The notes under the pieces were generated by a model. It saw only the letters and a list, made by a program, of their open reading frames with translations. It ran no database searches and had not been told where the DNA came from. The position numbers and the translations under genes are program-made. Shown piece by piece: positions 38,204-48,183 of a stretch of 64,000 nt of DNA; position 1 is the first letter of the stretch; every line of letters begins with the position of its first letter. Origin of the DNA: an uncultured Pseudobdellovibrionaceae bacterium (GTDB taxonomy: Bacteria > Bdellovibrionota_B > Oligoflexia > Oligoflexales > Bog-1112); the NCBI GenBank assembly GCA_964611335.1, contig CAZSXR010000001.1:744020-808019 (forward strand), written 5' to 3'.

Positions 38204-39703
38204 ATGTTTAAAATCTTATTCTTTGTTTCCATACTCTTATCCTGTGCCAAAACTCCCGAAGCTCCTATGCACACACCTTGGACAGCCTCCTTAAGTGCTT
38301 CGAATTGCTCTGGTCCTGGTTTGGCTTTGGTGGGTACAGATACGAATGCGAATACGAGTACAAACCTCATTGTTCCTGTCCCCTTGAATCAACTTACGAT
38401 GACAAATTTAACAGTGCAATCTGCAGTTCCTTTTCCTTCTTTACCTAATTTTACCTTGCTTGCTGTGAGTGCAACGGTCAATGATGCTATGGGTGGTTAC
38501 ATTCAAGTTTTTGTGTCTCCTCGCAATTCTAGTGAGAAAGTTCCTTCGAATGCGCTTCGTTGGATTCCTCTTTCTGCAGGAACTTACAAAGTCAGCGCCT
38601 ACCCTTGTAACAGTTTAGGTTGTAGAAAGGATTTGGAACAGATTTTTCCTTACCTGCAAGTTGCTGCTAATCCTGCAACCGTTCAAGCTATAGGTCCTAC
38701 ATTCACACAATGTTATAACATTTTACAGAAACTTCAGGATGCAGGGACTACGATTGTAGAATATGCGAAAGGTTTGGAAACATACTTTCAATCTTATGGT
38801 TCAGGTCTGCATCTTGCAGATTCTTGTATGACAGGAGCTTTGAACTCTGCTGCTCAAAGTATGCAGAACATTCAAACTTTAGGCCCTTCTTATATGGGGG
38901 AAATCGCTTCCAACGCAGACGCTCTGCATGCAGAGAATCAGCAGCTTTTAAATCTGATTGCAAATCAGCAAGCAGTTGCGAATGCATCATCAAACAAAGT
39001 GACTACAGTTTCTGAAACGACGACGACGACTGCAACGCAGACTTCGAGTTCCCATTCGTCTACTGCGGGTAAAGCTGTACTTCTCAGTTTGGGTGTAGTC
39101 GGGATTGTGACAGGTCTCATAGCTGCTGTTACAGCAGGGACGGTGAAGACTATGGGTTGGACGAATGTGATTGGGAATTTAGAAGTGACTGTAGAGAAAA
39201 TGTCGAAGAAGATTATAGCTGCGAATTTATCTACAGCTGCTTTTAGAAAACTTATGGAGGAGCTGAAGTTAGATAGTGAGTTAAAAACAAAGTTGGAAAA
39301 TAAGGTAGGTACTTTGAGTGGATCGGTTGAGGATATTGCAAAATTACAGACAGAGCTCACACCACAAAGCAAAATGTATGCAAATCAGAAAACTTTACTC
39401 AACAGAGCTTCTATAGGGGGCATTGCTGGAATTGCTGTTTCTATCGCAGGTGCTATAGCAGTCGGAGTATCCCAATTATCTTTGGTAGGAACAAATTCTG
39501 TTTCTTCAACATCTACTCAGAGTAAAATTACAAGCAACACCAACACCAGCACCTCCACAGATACCAGTACTTCCAAAACAAATGCGGGTAATCCTTTCGA
39601 TCAAGCTTCCGATTATTTTACGAAAGTTATATTTCCCCTACAGCAGCAGTTCCGTGACTGTACTGTAAGTCTTTACGACAAAGTTCTTACTGCTCCGAAG
39701 TAG
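38204..39703 (+). CDS. hypothetical lipoprotein-like membrane protein with two TM helices flanking a coiled-coil segment
   Basis: 499 aa with lipobox ILLSCAK and S/T linker TTTTTATQTSSSHSS. TM1 is AVLLSLGVVGIVTGLIAAVTAG, followed by a charged segment, then TM2 IGGIAGIAVSIAGAIAVGV and an S/T-rich tail. Same layout as 21332..23092. Confidence 0.65.
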   Translation: MFKILFFVSILLSCAKTPEAPMHTPWTASLSASNCSGPGLALVGTDTNANTSTNLIVPVPLNQLTMTNLTVQSAVPFPSLPNFTLLAVSATVNDAMGGYIQVFVSPRNSSEKVPSNALRWIPLSAGTYKVSAYPCNSLGCRKDLEQIFPYLQVAANPATVQAIGPTFTQCYNILQKLQDAGTTIVEYAKGLETYFQSYGSGLHLADSCMTGALNSAAQSMQNIQTLGPSYMGEIASNADALHAENQQLLNLIANQQAVANASSNKVTTVSETTTTTATQTSSSHSSTAGKAVLLSLGVVGIVTGLIAAVTAGTVKTMGWTNVIGNLEVTVEKMSKKIIAANLSTAAFRKLMEELKLDSELKTKLENKVGTLSGSVEDIAKLQTELTPQSKMYANQKTLLNRASIGGIAGIAVSIAGAIAVGVSQLSLVGTNSVSSTSTQSKITSNTNTSTSTDTSTSKTNAGNPFDQASDYFTKVIFPLQQQFRDCTVSLYDKVLTAPK

Positions 39704-39731
39704 GAAATAAAAAGGTGGACAGCCAAGTGTT

Positions 39732-42608
39732 CTAGTGAAAGTTTGTGAGCAATGTACCACAAGAGTTACCACTTGTGTCTGTGAATGTGATGTTCGTTGA
39801 ATTTGATGTTGCAGTAAATGTAAATTGTTTTGAAGCCCATGGCATGGGTGAAGTTGATGTTAACCCTGTTGTGTCGAAGCTGTAATTCGTGCTTGCAGCA
39901 GCAGCAGTCACAGTCATTGTTTTTGTTCCATTACCGCAATTGGGGTTTCCACCCATATCGAAATACAAAGTGTACGTTGTCCCTGAGTTTGTAAGAACAG
40001 ACTCACTTATGGAACCCGAACCTGTTCCGCTTAAATCAATGGTATAACCTCCCGTTGTTCCGAGAAAGGCTCCTGCAAAACCTCCTGACCCTATTACGGA
40101 TATAACTTCAATACTTCCTACTCCTATAGTCCAGTAGTATAAGTTTGTAGCACCCGCATTGAAATAGTCATCGCTATTGTTGAACTCATTGAAACTTCCT
40201 TCGTTGAAGTTGCCATTGAGTAATGACACTCTACTGTTTGAATTGCATGAGACTGAGTTCGTACACTGCGATGCAAGTACTGGACTTGTAAGTCCAGCAG
40301 GTGCTAAAGCATTTGCTGTCGGCATGATCCAAACGGGCTTTGTAGTAAAATCAAAGCCTGTAAAGCTACTTTGTGTCTGCATCTCAGTTGTGGTGGTGTA
40401 GGAAGTTAGTCCTGTCAGAGTTTGTGCAGGTACGCTTCCGTTTGCATAGAGATAGCAGTTTGTGCAAGTTGTTATCGTTTTTGCAAAGCCAACTCCATTC
40501 GTTAGTGTCATAGAAGGATTTGCCGAGTATGAAGTTGAAACAGTTACAGCAGCACCTGCGAGTCCACCATACACATCTGTTGCTATAGGGGTCGTCACAG
40601 TCATGGTGACCATTGTGTAACAGTTTGTGATGCTGCTACCTGAAGCACCATTATTTCCAACGAGTCCCCCCATATAGTAAGTCGCTGTTGTTATACTTAC
40701 GTTACGAGTTATTGTCATGCTTCCCACAACGAACGAGCTTGTTGTGGCAATACTTGCGCTGGTTAAACCTAACAAACCACCTATGTATTGGTTACCTGTA
40801 GCGGTTCCTGGGTTCACAGTCATAGTAGGTAGAGCATAAGAGTTAGTTATAGTCCCTGCTGTAACGTTACCAACGAGACCTCCTACAGCATTCGTAGCGA
40901 CAGCTTGGATCGCTGAAATGGTACCTCCGTAAGCTGAGTTTGCTACAATGGTGCCACCGAAGGAACCTATAAGTCCTCCCATATTCACAACGGTTCCAGA
41001 CATACTTGTAGCCATCCATTTCACAGTTGCTTGTGAAGTAGATGCGACAACAGAAGTTGCAGTAACAATCCCTATCAAACCACCAATGTTAATATTCTGA
41101 GCAATGCCAAATCCTGTTTGAACCAAACCTGTTGAGGTACAGTGGTATACGAATCCACTGGAAGATCCAGCAAGAGCTCCAATATTAGCTCCTCCTGCTG
41201 TGACCTCAACAGATACTAAATTTACATCTCTAACGGTTGCTCCCGAGTTGATGGTGCTAAATAAACCTACATTGAGTCCACCGTTTACATTGGTGCTCGT
41301 AATGTACAGGCCTGTTATGTTGTAGTTAGCTCCTGTGTATTGTCCATAAAGTGGAATAGGAGCCCAAGGTGTATCAGCTCCTCCTAAGTCTATATTGTTT
41401 GTTTGAACAAAGTATGTTGAGGAGCTTGTGCAATACTGAGTGTTTTTCAAAGCAATGGCATCTCCTATTAGGAAAGGGTTTGTGTTTGTTCCCAGTCCAT
41501 TTGCGAAATAAATTCCACATCCTCCTTGAGAACTCATAGGATTAAGGTCAACAATGATTTGAAAGTATAGGAAAGATAAAGACGTACCATTTGCATCTTT
41601 GTTACGAACTATAAAAATAAAGTTGTCACTCGTACTTGAAAAAGCACTCGTTAAAAGAGGAGAAGCATTGCTTGTATAAAAACCACCTCGTGGAAGCGTG
41701 TTGCTATTCAAGTCTGTACCACCTGGTGCTGTGATCAAAGTACCCAAAGTCACTGGTGTGTTTGCTGTGAAAGCTGCTGTTGCATCTGAAAAAGCTAAAG
41801 GATGTGGTGAGTAGGTGTCTGGAATAAGGAGATAATCCATCTGGCTTTGTAATAAGATTCCATCACAAGCGTAGGTTGCAGCAGAAGATCCTGTGAGGGT
41901 ACTTCCGCATTGCAAAGTAAAAGACAACTGAAGCTGATCAGAAGCATTCACGCCAAGATAGCGTGCTTGTAGCATATTGAAGTTGGGAGCGGGTGTAGTT
42001 GTGTTTATTACAGAGTTCCCTCCTGAAACAGCTACTGTCGGAAAAGTTTGAGTCGTGAGCGAGTTGTTAAATGCAAAATAATATCGGATCAGATCCGTCG
42101 AGAGCACTCCGCTTTGAGTGACTTGTGCACTTATGCCTACATCTATAAGATCCGTTGATAAAACTGTATTCGCAAAGGTTCCATAGTTTCCAGCAGTCCA
42201 TGCTGTAAAGTTGGTAGCACCCGTCGCTGTTGCAGAATAGGTATTCGCGTTGTAAACGAAACTGTTAAGTTTCACGAGGCAGTTTTGATCCCCTTTGTAC
42301 AAATAAATAAAACCTGATGTGACAACCGAAGGACCAAAGGTCATACCACTCGAACATCCTGTGATTTGAACAGTGATACTTGTTGCTGCTGTAGAGAGTT
42401 CTAAACTCGCTTTGTTTTGTGGTGAAGCGCTGATGGGGATTTTTATAAGTTCACTGACATTATTATTACTATCTGAATGTCTAAATAAGGAACCGCAGTT
42501 GCTAATTCCCAATATAGAAATGAAAATAACAATCACACGCAGAGTCTGTGCCTGTCTAAGCACGGAAATCCCACGCAGTGTAGACACATGTTTTAAAAAT
42601 CGTGTCAT
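39732..42608 (-). CDS. GLUG-repeat lipoprotein, family member 1 (958 aa) with C-terminal DUF642-like domain
   Basis: Lipobox ILGISNC. N-module landmarks are GCSSG, DQNCLVKLNSF, YSATATGATNFTAW, FTLQC and YACDG. CGIYFANGLGTNTNPF..YFVQTNNIDLGG..PWAPIPLYGQYTG.NYNITGLY is followed by more than 10 GGLxG-type repeats, then FTGFDFTTKPVWIMP. The tail is LLNGNFNEGSF..YTLYFDMGGNP..FTATSNSTNITF. Confidence 0.85.
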   Translation of the reverse strand: MTRFLKHVSTLRGISVLRQAQTLRVIVIFISILGISNCGSLFRHSDSNNNVSELIKIPISASPQNKASLELSTAATSITVQITGCSSGMTFGPSVVTSGFIYLYKGDQNCLVKLNSFVYNANTYSATATGATNFTAWTAGNYGTFANTVLSTDLIDVGISAQVTQSGVLSTDLIRYYFAFNNSLTTQTFPTVAVSGGNSVINTTTPAPNFNMLQARYLGVNASDQLQLSFTLQCGSTLTGSSAATYACDGILLQSQMDYLLIPDTYSPHPLAFSDATAAFTANTPVTLGTLITAPGGTDLNSNTLPRGGFYTSNASPLLTSAFSSTSDNFIFIVRNKDANGTSLSFLYFQIIVDLNPMSSQGGCGIYFANGLGTNTNPFLIGDAIALKNTQYCTSSSTYFVQTNNIDLGGADTPWAPIPLYGQYTGANYNITGLYITSTNVNGGLNVGLFSTINSGATVRDVNLVSVEVTAGGANIGALAGSSSGFVYHCTSTGLVQTGFGIAQNINIGGLIGIVTATSVVASTSQATVKWMATSMSGTVVNMGGLIGSFGGTIVANSAYGGTISAIQAVATNAVGGLVGNVTAGTITNSYALPTMTVNPGTATGNQYIGGLLGLTSASIATTSSFVVGSMTITRNVSITTATYYMGGLVGNNGASGSSITNCYTMVTMTVTTPIATDVYGGLAGAAVTVSTSYSANPSMTLTNGVGFAKTITTCTNCYLYANGSVPAQTLTGLTSYTTTTEMQTQSSFTGFDFTTKPVWIMPTANALAPAGLTSPVLASQCTNSVSCNSNSRVSLLNGNFNEGSFNEFNNSDDYFNAGATNLYYWTIGVGSIEVISVIGSGGFAGAFLGTTGGYTIDLSGTGSGSISESVLTNSGTTYTLYFDMGGNPNCGNGTKTMTVTAAAASTNYSFDTTGLTSTSPMPWASKQFTFTATSNSTNITFTDTSGNSCGTLLTNFH

Positions 42609-42732
42609 TTCAACGTGTCCTGTTGGGGGTAAACACCCTCCACTCTCCTTATCGTTATTTTGAAGGTGAAAGTTGAGAAATTAGGAATAAAGGCTTATTT
42701 TTTTAGTAAAATTGGCATGTTGCGTACTTTTT

Positions 42733-45597
42733 TTACTCGCGAACATTATCGATAACCGGTCCATAGTTAGAACCGTTGGTACTTGTGAATGTGAGCGTTG
42801 TTGTTGTAGCAATTGCTGTGAATGTGAAACTTTTAGTTATGTATCCCATATTGTTTGTAGTTGTGTATGTTGTGTCAAAGCTATAGCTTTGAGAGTCATT
42901 TGCAGCTGTCACAGTCATCGTCTTCACGTTAGGGTTGCCTGCTGCGTTACCTGCCATATCGAAATAGATTGTGTAAGTTCGTCCTACAGTTGTTGCCAAA
43001 ACTTGACTTAAAGATCCTATCGAAACATCGTTCAAGTCTATGGTGAAGGTCCCATCAGTGGCTTGCATCCAAATCTGCCAGTTTACACCGTCTCCTCCAG
43101 AGGTCCAGTTGAAGAGTCGAGTATCTCCGGGGTCGTATTGGATTTGGTTTCCTCCTGGGTAGGTTCCATATTCAAAACTTCCGTTTGCGATAAGGCTTCC
43201 GTTTTCATCACAGGCTTGCCCATTGATTCCGCATTGCCATTCAAGAATAGGACTGAGAAGATTGTTGGGAGACAGTAAGTTTGTATTATGTGGCAAATCC
43301 CAAATGGGTGTTGTTGTGAAATCAAATCCTGTGAAGTTTGAACTTACAACCATTTGAGTAGAAGTTGTATACGAAGTCAGACCTGTTAAAGTTTGTGCAG
43401 GGACCGTTGCGTTTGCATAAAGATAGCAGTTTGTACAGGTGGTGATGGCATCTGCGAAGCCTACACCGTTTGTGGTTGTCATCGAAGGGTTTGCAGAATA
43501 GGAGTTGCTTACAGTTGCTGCGCTTCCTACAAAGCCTCCATAGAAGTCCCCTGCTACTGCTGTTGTCACCGTCATAGCAACCATAGTGTAGGAGTTAGAA
43601 AGGGTGCTGGATGCTCCACTCTGGCCTACAAGACCTCCTATGTAATAAACTGCTGCATTGCTTGCGCGAGTGACTGTTATGGCTCCTGTTGCGAAGTTTT
43701 GTGAAAGTGTAAGACCTGCTGCTGAGAATCCTACAAGTCCACCTATGTACTGATTACCCAAAGAGGTCGCAGGATTCACTGACATTGTAGGTTTTGCATA
43801 AGAGTATTGTACTGTTCCCGCAAGGACTGCACCGACCAACCCTCCTACTGCATTTCTTACAAAGGTTCCTAGGCGCTCGGTAGCAGTTATCGTTCCTGTA
43901 TAAGAACTGCTTGTAATGGAAGTTCCTGAACTATCACCAACAAGTCCACCTATATCTACCGTCGTTCCTGTTGTGCTTGTTGCTCCCCATGTCACAGTTG
44001 CAGTTGATCTCGAAGAACTGATAGTTCCTCCACTTGCAAGCGTGCCAACTAATCCACCCATGATGACATTTTGTGTGATTGCAGAACCTGTTGCAACGGT
44101 TCCACTGGAGGTGCAGTTCGTAACGGTACCGCTGACACTTCCTGCTAATGCACCCATATTCAATCCAACCCCTGTCACGCTGACTCCACTCACATTGCAA
44201 TTGGAGATGCTAGCTCCTGCATTAATTGTGCTAAACAATCCGACGTTGGCGCCTGTACCACTCGTATTGTTAATATAGAGTCCCGTTATAGTGTAGTTCT
44301 TGGCATTATATTGTCCGTAAAGTTGTATAGGTGTCCAAGGAGTTCCAGAGCCTCCTAGGTCGATGTCTGCTGTCTGTACAAAATAAGTCGTGGACGAGGT
44401 GCACAAAGCAGTGTTTTGAAGATAGGTTCGTGTGTTGACTTGATAAGGATTTGAAGCTGTCCCCGTTCCTCCCGCAAAAGAAGTTCCGCAAGCGCTTGTA
44501 GCAACTGTGCCCGATGTAAAGGTGACATAAAAGTAAAGATAAGAAGGAAACGCCCCTGTGCTGTCGGTTCCTCTCACAAGATAGATAAAGAGGTTGTTAG
44601 TACTTATGCTAGAGACGGTACTGATAAATTGAGAGCCCGCACCTGTTGCAGTAACAAAACCTCCATTTGTAAGAGTGTGTCCGTGTCCATCTGTTCCTCC
44701 TGGTGCAATGATATTTCCCGCAACACTTGCAGAATGGTTCAAACTTGAATTTGTCGAATAAATGGAATCAGCTTCAGCAAGTGTTAAAGTCGCCTGTGAG
44801 GCAGCAGGTACAATCATATAATTGAGAGCTCCTGTTCCGTTCACAGGCATGCCGTTACAAGTGTAAGGATTGCTTCCTGCGAGAGCTACGCTGCATTGCA
44901 ACGTGATGTACACATTTGCACTTCCTCCTACGTTGTAACTTATTATGCTTGAAGCGTTGTAAGTAAAAGAAGGTGCGTTCTGTCCTGCGACAGAAAGAGC
45001 GCCTCCATAAGTTATAGAAGTTTGTGCTAAGTTTTGTGTAGCTGCTGTACCGACTTCTTGTACTGTATAGGAGACTTGGTCGCTAACAAGAGTGCCACTC
45101 TGTGTGAGTTGTCGAAGCACTGAAACTCCGATAAGATCTCCTGGATTTAATGGATTTTGAAAGACTGCTACATCTCCCGGAAGCCAAGTTGTAAATGGTA
45201 CAGCATTGATTCCTGTTACATAATAGTTATTCGATCCATATTGAAAGCCTTCCAATTTTACCAAGCAATTTTTATCACCTGCATATACAAAACTCATATT
45301 CGATCCGGATGTTGCGATCATAGTAGGGTTTACAGCGTTTCCACTGGCACAGCCTGCCATAGATACGACGATATTACTTGCCGTAGAGACGAGATTTAAA
45401 CCTGCAGAAGAAATATCTCTCTTTTGATAAAGAGAGAAAGGGATGGAATATTTTTCATTATTAGAATCAGAAGCACAGTTGGGAATAGAAAGAGTCACCA
45501 TGAAGGAAAGTATTAAACCAAAAAATGCAAAACCAAAAACCCTATATCTTGAATAGGATTGCTTGTGTTGTTCTCCATGTTTATGGACTAATTTCAT
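42733..45597 (-). CDS. GLUG-repeat lipoprotein, family member 2 (~954 aa) with C-terminal DUF642-like domain
   Basis: Same architecture with lipobox LSIPNCAS. The tail is ANGSFEYGTYPGG..WTSGGDGVNWQ..IDLN..YTIYFDMAGNAAGNP..GPVIDNVRE. I start at ATG 45597 (MKLVHKHGEQ..FAFFGLILSF). The track ORF extends 60 K/N-rich codons to 45777 with no counterpart in the paralogs. Confidence 0.8.
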   Translation of the reverse strand: MKLVHKHGEQHKQSYSRYRVFGFAFFGLILSFMVTLSIPNCASDSNNEKYSIPFSLYQKRDISSAGLNLVSTASNIVVSMAGCASGNAVNPTMIATSGSNMSFVYAGDKNCLVKLEGFQYGSNNYYVTGINAVPFTTWLPGDVAVFQNPLNPGDLIGVSVLRQLTQSGTLVSDQVSYTVQEVGTAATQNLAQTSITYGGALSVAGQNAPSFTYNASSIISYNVGGSANVYITLQCSVALAGSNPYTCNGMPVNGTGALNYMIVPAASQATLTLAEADSIYSTNSSLNHSASVAGNIIAPGGTDGHGHTLTNGGFVTATGAGSQFISTVSSISTNNLFIYLVRGTDSTGAFPSYLYFYVTFTSGTVATSACGTSFAGGTGTASNPYQVNTRTYLQNTALCTSSTTYFVQTADIDLGGSGTPWTPIQLYGQYNAKNYTITGLYINNTSGTGANVGLFSTINAGASISNCNVSGVSVTGVGLNMGALAGSVSGTVTNCTSSGTVATGSAITQNVIMGGLVGTLASGGTISSSRSTATVTWGATSTTGTTVDIGGLVGDSSGTSITSSSYTGTITATERLGTFVRNAVGGLVGAVLAGTVQYSYAKPTMSVNPATSLGNQYIGGLVGFSAAGLTLSQNFATGAITVTRASNAAVYYIGGLVGQSGASSTLSNSYTMVAMTVTTAVAGDFYGGFVGSAATVSNSYSANPSMTTTNGVGFADAITTCTNCYLYANATVPAQTLTGLTSYTTSTQMVVSSNFTGFDFTTTPIWDLPHNTNLLSPNNLLSPILEWQCGINGQACDENGSLIANGSFEYGTYPGGNQIQYDPGDTRLFNWTSGGDGVNWQIWMQATDGTFTIDLNDVSIGSLSQVLATTVGRTYTIYFDMAGNAAGNPNVKTMTVTAANDSQSYSFDTTYTTTNNMGYITKSFTFTAIATTTTLTFTSTNGSNYGPVIDNVRE

Positions 45598-45837
45598 AAC
45601 AAAATATTTCCCGATCGTTTGCGCATTCTCCTTGCAAAGATTCACCAGTATGCTGTTCGTCTTTTTCTTTTGCAAAAATGAGTGGTCGAGCACTCTCACT
45701 TTAAAAGGATTTTTAACGCACTGATTTTTAAAGAAATTATCATTTCTTTTTTTTAAAAAAATATTCTTAATTTTCATAATTAAAATGACGACAAGGAGTA
45801 TGCTCAGTGTCTGCCTAATTCAAGGAGGAGTCTTACT

Positions 45838-48171
45838 TTGTTAGGCAAACGTTTATATTCTTGGATTGTAATTTCGATAGTGTTTCTTATCACAACGTGT
45901 GGTGGAAGCATTAAGAGTCCTTTTGATAGTCAAAAATCAGAGGTTCGAAATACGATTCCTGTGAGCGTAAGTTTGAAACCAAAAGTTGAGTCTCTATCAA
46001 GTTCAGGTGTGAATCTTTCAACTCCTTCGACTTCAGTTGTGACGAATTTTTCAATGACGATTATGGGGTGTTTGTCAGGATTTACAACAACCATTGATGA
46101 GAATACGGCTATTGTGAATTTTCCAACTTCAGATACTAGTTGCCTTGTGAAACTTACATCATTCACTACAGATATGGGTATAACTTATACTCCTTCAGCA
46201 ACACACCCTTTTACAACTTGGCAAATCGGTGATTATAATATTTTTAATGGAACGGATAGCACGAGTGTTTATGTTGCTGTCGTTGATACGGTGAGTAGCC
46301 CTATTGTTTCGGGGGATGTGGTTCAATATGAGTTTGCAACCTATAACGTAACTGTTGCATCTCCCGTCCATATTTTAGGAGCTTCCGTCAGTGTTGCGGG
46401 AGGTACTATTGCTTTTACAGGAACCTCTCAAGGTCAAGTTCTTAGAATTTTTGGTGTGGGTATAACAGCTATCTCTACATCGAATCTCGCAACTCTTGCT
46501 GTAGAGTTGTCGTGTAATGTTGTTGTTTCGGGAACAACCTGTTCTTCTATCCCTCTTCCAACAGGAACTTCCGCGCCGTATACGATCAGTTATGGATTTT
46601 TGAACGCAGCTCCTGCGAATTTGCAAACTACTTACACTTATGCTGTGATCAATGCTGCAGCCTCGACAGCTCTCACAGGCACTGCAGTTGCTGCCAATGG
46701 TGGAACACCTGTTATGCCGAATGGTGGTGTGTCTTTGTCTACATTTACGAAAACTCCTGGTTCGCTTGTAACTATTTTTCAAAAAATTGTTAACAGCACA
46801 AATATTACTTACAATTATTGGAACATATTGATTCCTACTGTGAATTGTGGGCCTTCTATATTTGCCGGTGGTGCTGGGACTTTGCAAAATCCTTATCAGG
46901 TGAATTCAGCTGAGATGCTTTACAACACCCAGTATTGCACAACAGTGAACACCTATTTTATACAAACTGCGCATATAGATCTCGTGAATACAGTTTGGAC
47001 GCCCATACAGCTTTATGGTCAGTACAATGGCAATGGTTATGACATTTCGAATCTGTCTATTACGGGTGGAACTACGACAAATGTGGGTCTGTTTTCAGTG
47101 ATAAATGTGGGTTCGAGTATTTCCAGTCTCAATATTCGAGCTGTGAATCTTTCTGGAGGAGTCAATATAGGGGCCTTAGCAGCTCAGATGTTAGGGGGAA
47201 CTCTGACAAGCATTTTTTCAAGTGGGAGCGTAATTGCGAATTCTATTGCAACAGGTACTGGTGTGAAGGCTGGGGGACTTATAGGATCTATGGTAGGCGG
47301 AAGTATGACGAGTGCTTCCTCTTCCGTCGATATTACTTTCAACGCAGCTTCAGGAAACGCGAACGTTTCACGTATTGGAGGATTAATCGGGTATGCAGCA
47401 TCCTCAACAGGGACCATTTCTATCAGTAGTTCTTCTGCAACAGGGTCTATTTCAGCGTCCGGGACTTCTCCTACTACTGCAATTTATTCAGGTGGTTTCA
47501 TAGGAGAGTTTTCTGCAGTATCTTCTGGTATGACTATCAGCAATTCTTATGCAACGGGAGGCCTGACTTCTACATTTACTCCGGGAGCCATAGGTTTTAT
47601 AACCGGAGGATTTATTGGCTTTTCTCAATCTGCAGCAGCTGGTGCAGTTAGCGTTTCAGGCTCGTTTGCAACAGGATCTTTATCCGTTGTTTCAGGTACT
47701 GGTTGTAACATGCTTATTGGTGGTTTCATAGGATCAGCAAATTCCAACACAACAGCAAATACCATGAGCAATTCTTATGCTATGGGTTCTATTACAGTCG
47801 CTGGTACAGCAAGTAACGGTGCAGCGGGTGGTTTTATAGGAAGCTCCGGAAGCTCGACAATTACAACATCCTATTCTTCAGCGTCCTCTATGTCGGTTGC
47901 TATTGTTCCCAACAAACAAGGATTTATCGGAGCTAACCCAACAACTGCGTCATCCGATTACTTTTATGCGAATGCTAGCGTTCCTGGAAACTCTTTTGGC
48001 GGCGTTACGGGTTTGACCACAACAACTGCAATGCAGACTCAGTCCAGCTTTACTGGATTTACTTTCCCAGGAACATGGAGAATGCCGAGTGCAAACCCAT
48101 TATCTCCAGCAGGTTTGCTAAGTCCTGTTTTGAATTGGCAATGTGGTAGCAATGGAATCACATGTATTTAA
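45838..48171 (+). CDS. GLUG-repeat lipoprotein, family member 3 (777 aa, most divergent N-module)
   Basis: TTG start with AGGAGGA upstream and lipobox FLITTCGG. CGPSIFAGGAGTLQNPYQ..YFIQTAHIDL..WTPIQLYGQYNGNGYDISNL is followed by GGLIG/GGFIG repeats. Ends WRMPSANPLSPAGLLSPVLNWQCGSNGITCI. Confidence 0.85.
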   Translation: MLGKRLYSWIVISIVFLITTCGGSIKSPFDSQKSEVRNTIPVSVSLKPKVESLSSSGVNLSTPSTSVVTNFSMTIMGCLSGFTTTIDENTAIVNFPTSDTSCLVKLTSFTTDMGITYTPSATHPFTTWQIGDYNIFNGTDSTSVYVAVVDTVSSPIVSGDVVQYEFATYNVTVASPVHILGASVSVAGGTIAFTGTSQGQVLRIFGVGITAISTSNLATLAVELSCNVVVSGTTCSSIPLPTGTSAPYTISYGFLNAAPANLQTTYTYAVINAAASTALTGTAVAANGGTPVMPNGGVSLSTFTKTPGSLVTIFQKIVNSTNITYNYWNILIPTVNCGPSIFAGGAGTLQNPYQVNSAEMLYNTQYCTTVNTYFIQTAHIDLVNTVWTPIQLYGQYNGNGYDISNLSITGGTTTNVGLFSVINVGSSISSLNIRAVNLSGGVNIGALAAQMLGGTLTSIFSSGSVIANSIATGTGVKAGGLIGSMVGGSMTSASSSVDITFNAASGNANVSRIGGLIGYAASSTGTISISSSSATGSISASGTSPTTAIYSGGFIGEFSAVSSGMTISNSYATGGLTSTFTPGAIGFITGGFIGFSQSAAAGAVSVSGSFATGSLSVVSGTGCNMLIGGFIGSANSNTTANTMSNSYAMGSITVAGTASNGAAGGFIGSSGSSTITTSYSSASSMSVAIVPNKQGFIGANPTTASSDYFYANASVPGNSFGGVTGLTTTTAMQTQSSFTGFTFPGTWRMPSANPLSPAGLLSPVLNWQCGSNGITCI

Positions 48172-48183
48172 GGGAGCTATAGA

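Noticed and set aside
45598-45777. 60-codon N-terminal extension of family member 2 given by the ORF track (MKIKNIFLKKRNDNFF...)
   Set aside because: The Lys/Asn-rich sequence reflects AT-rich DNA and has no counterpart in the nine paralogs. The internal ATG 45597 gives the family-typical basic N-terminus plus hydrophobic helix plus Cys. I kept it as an alternative only.
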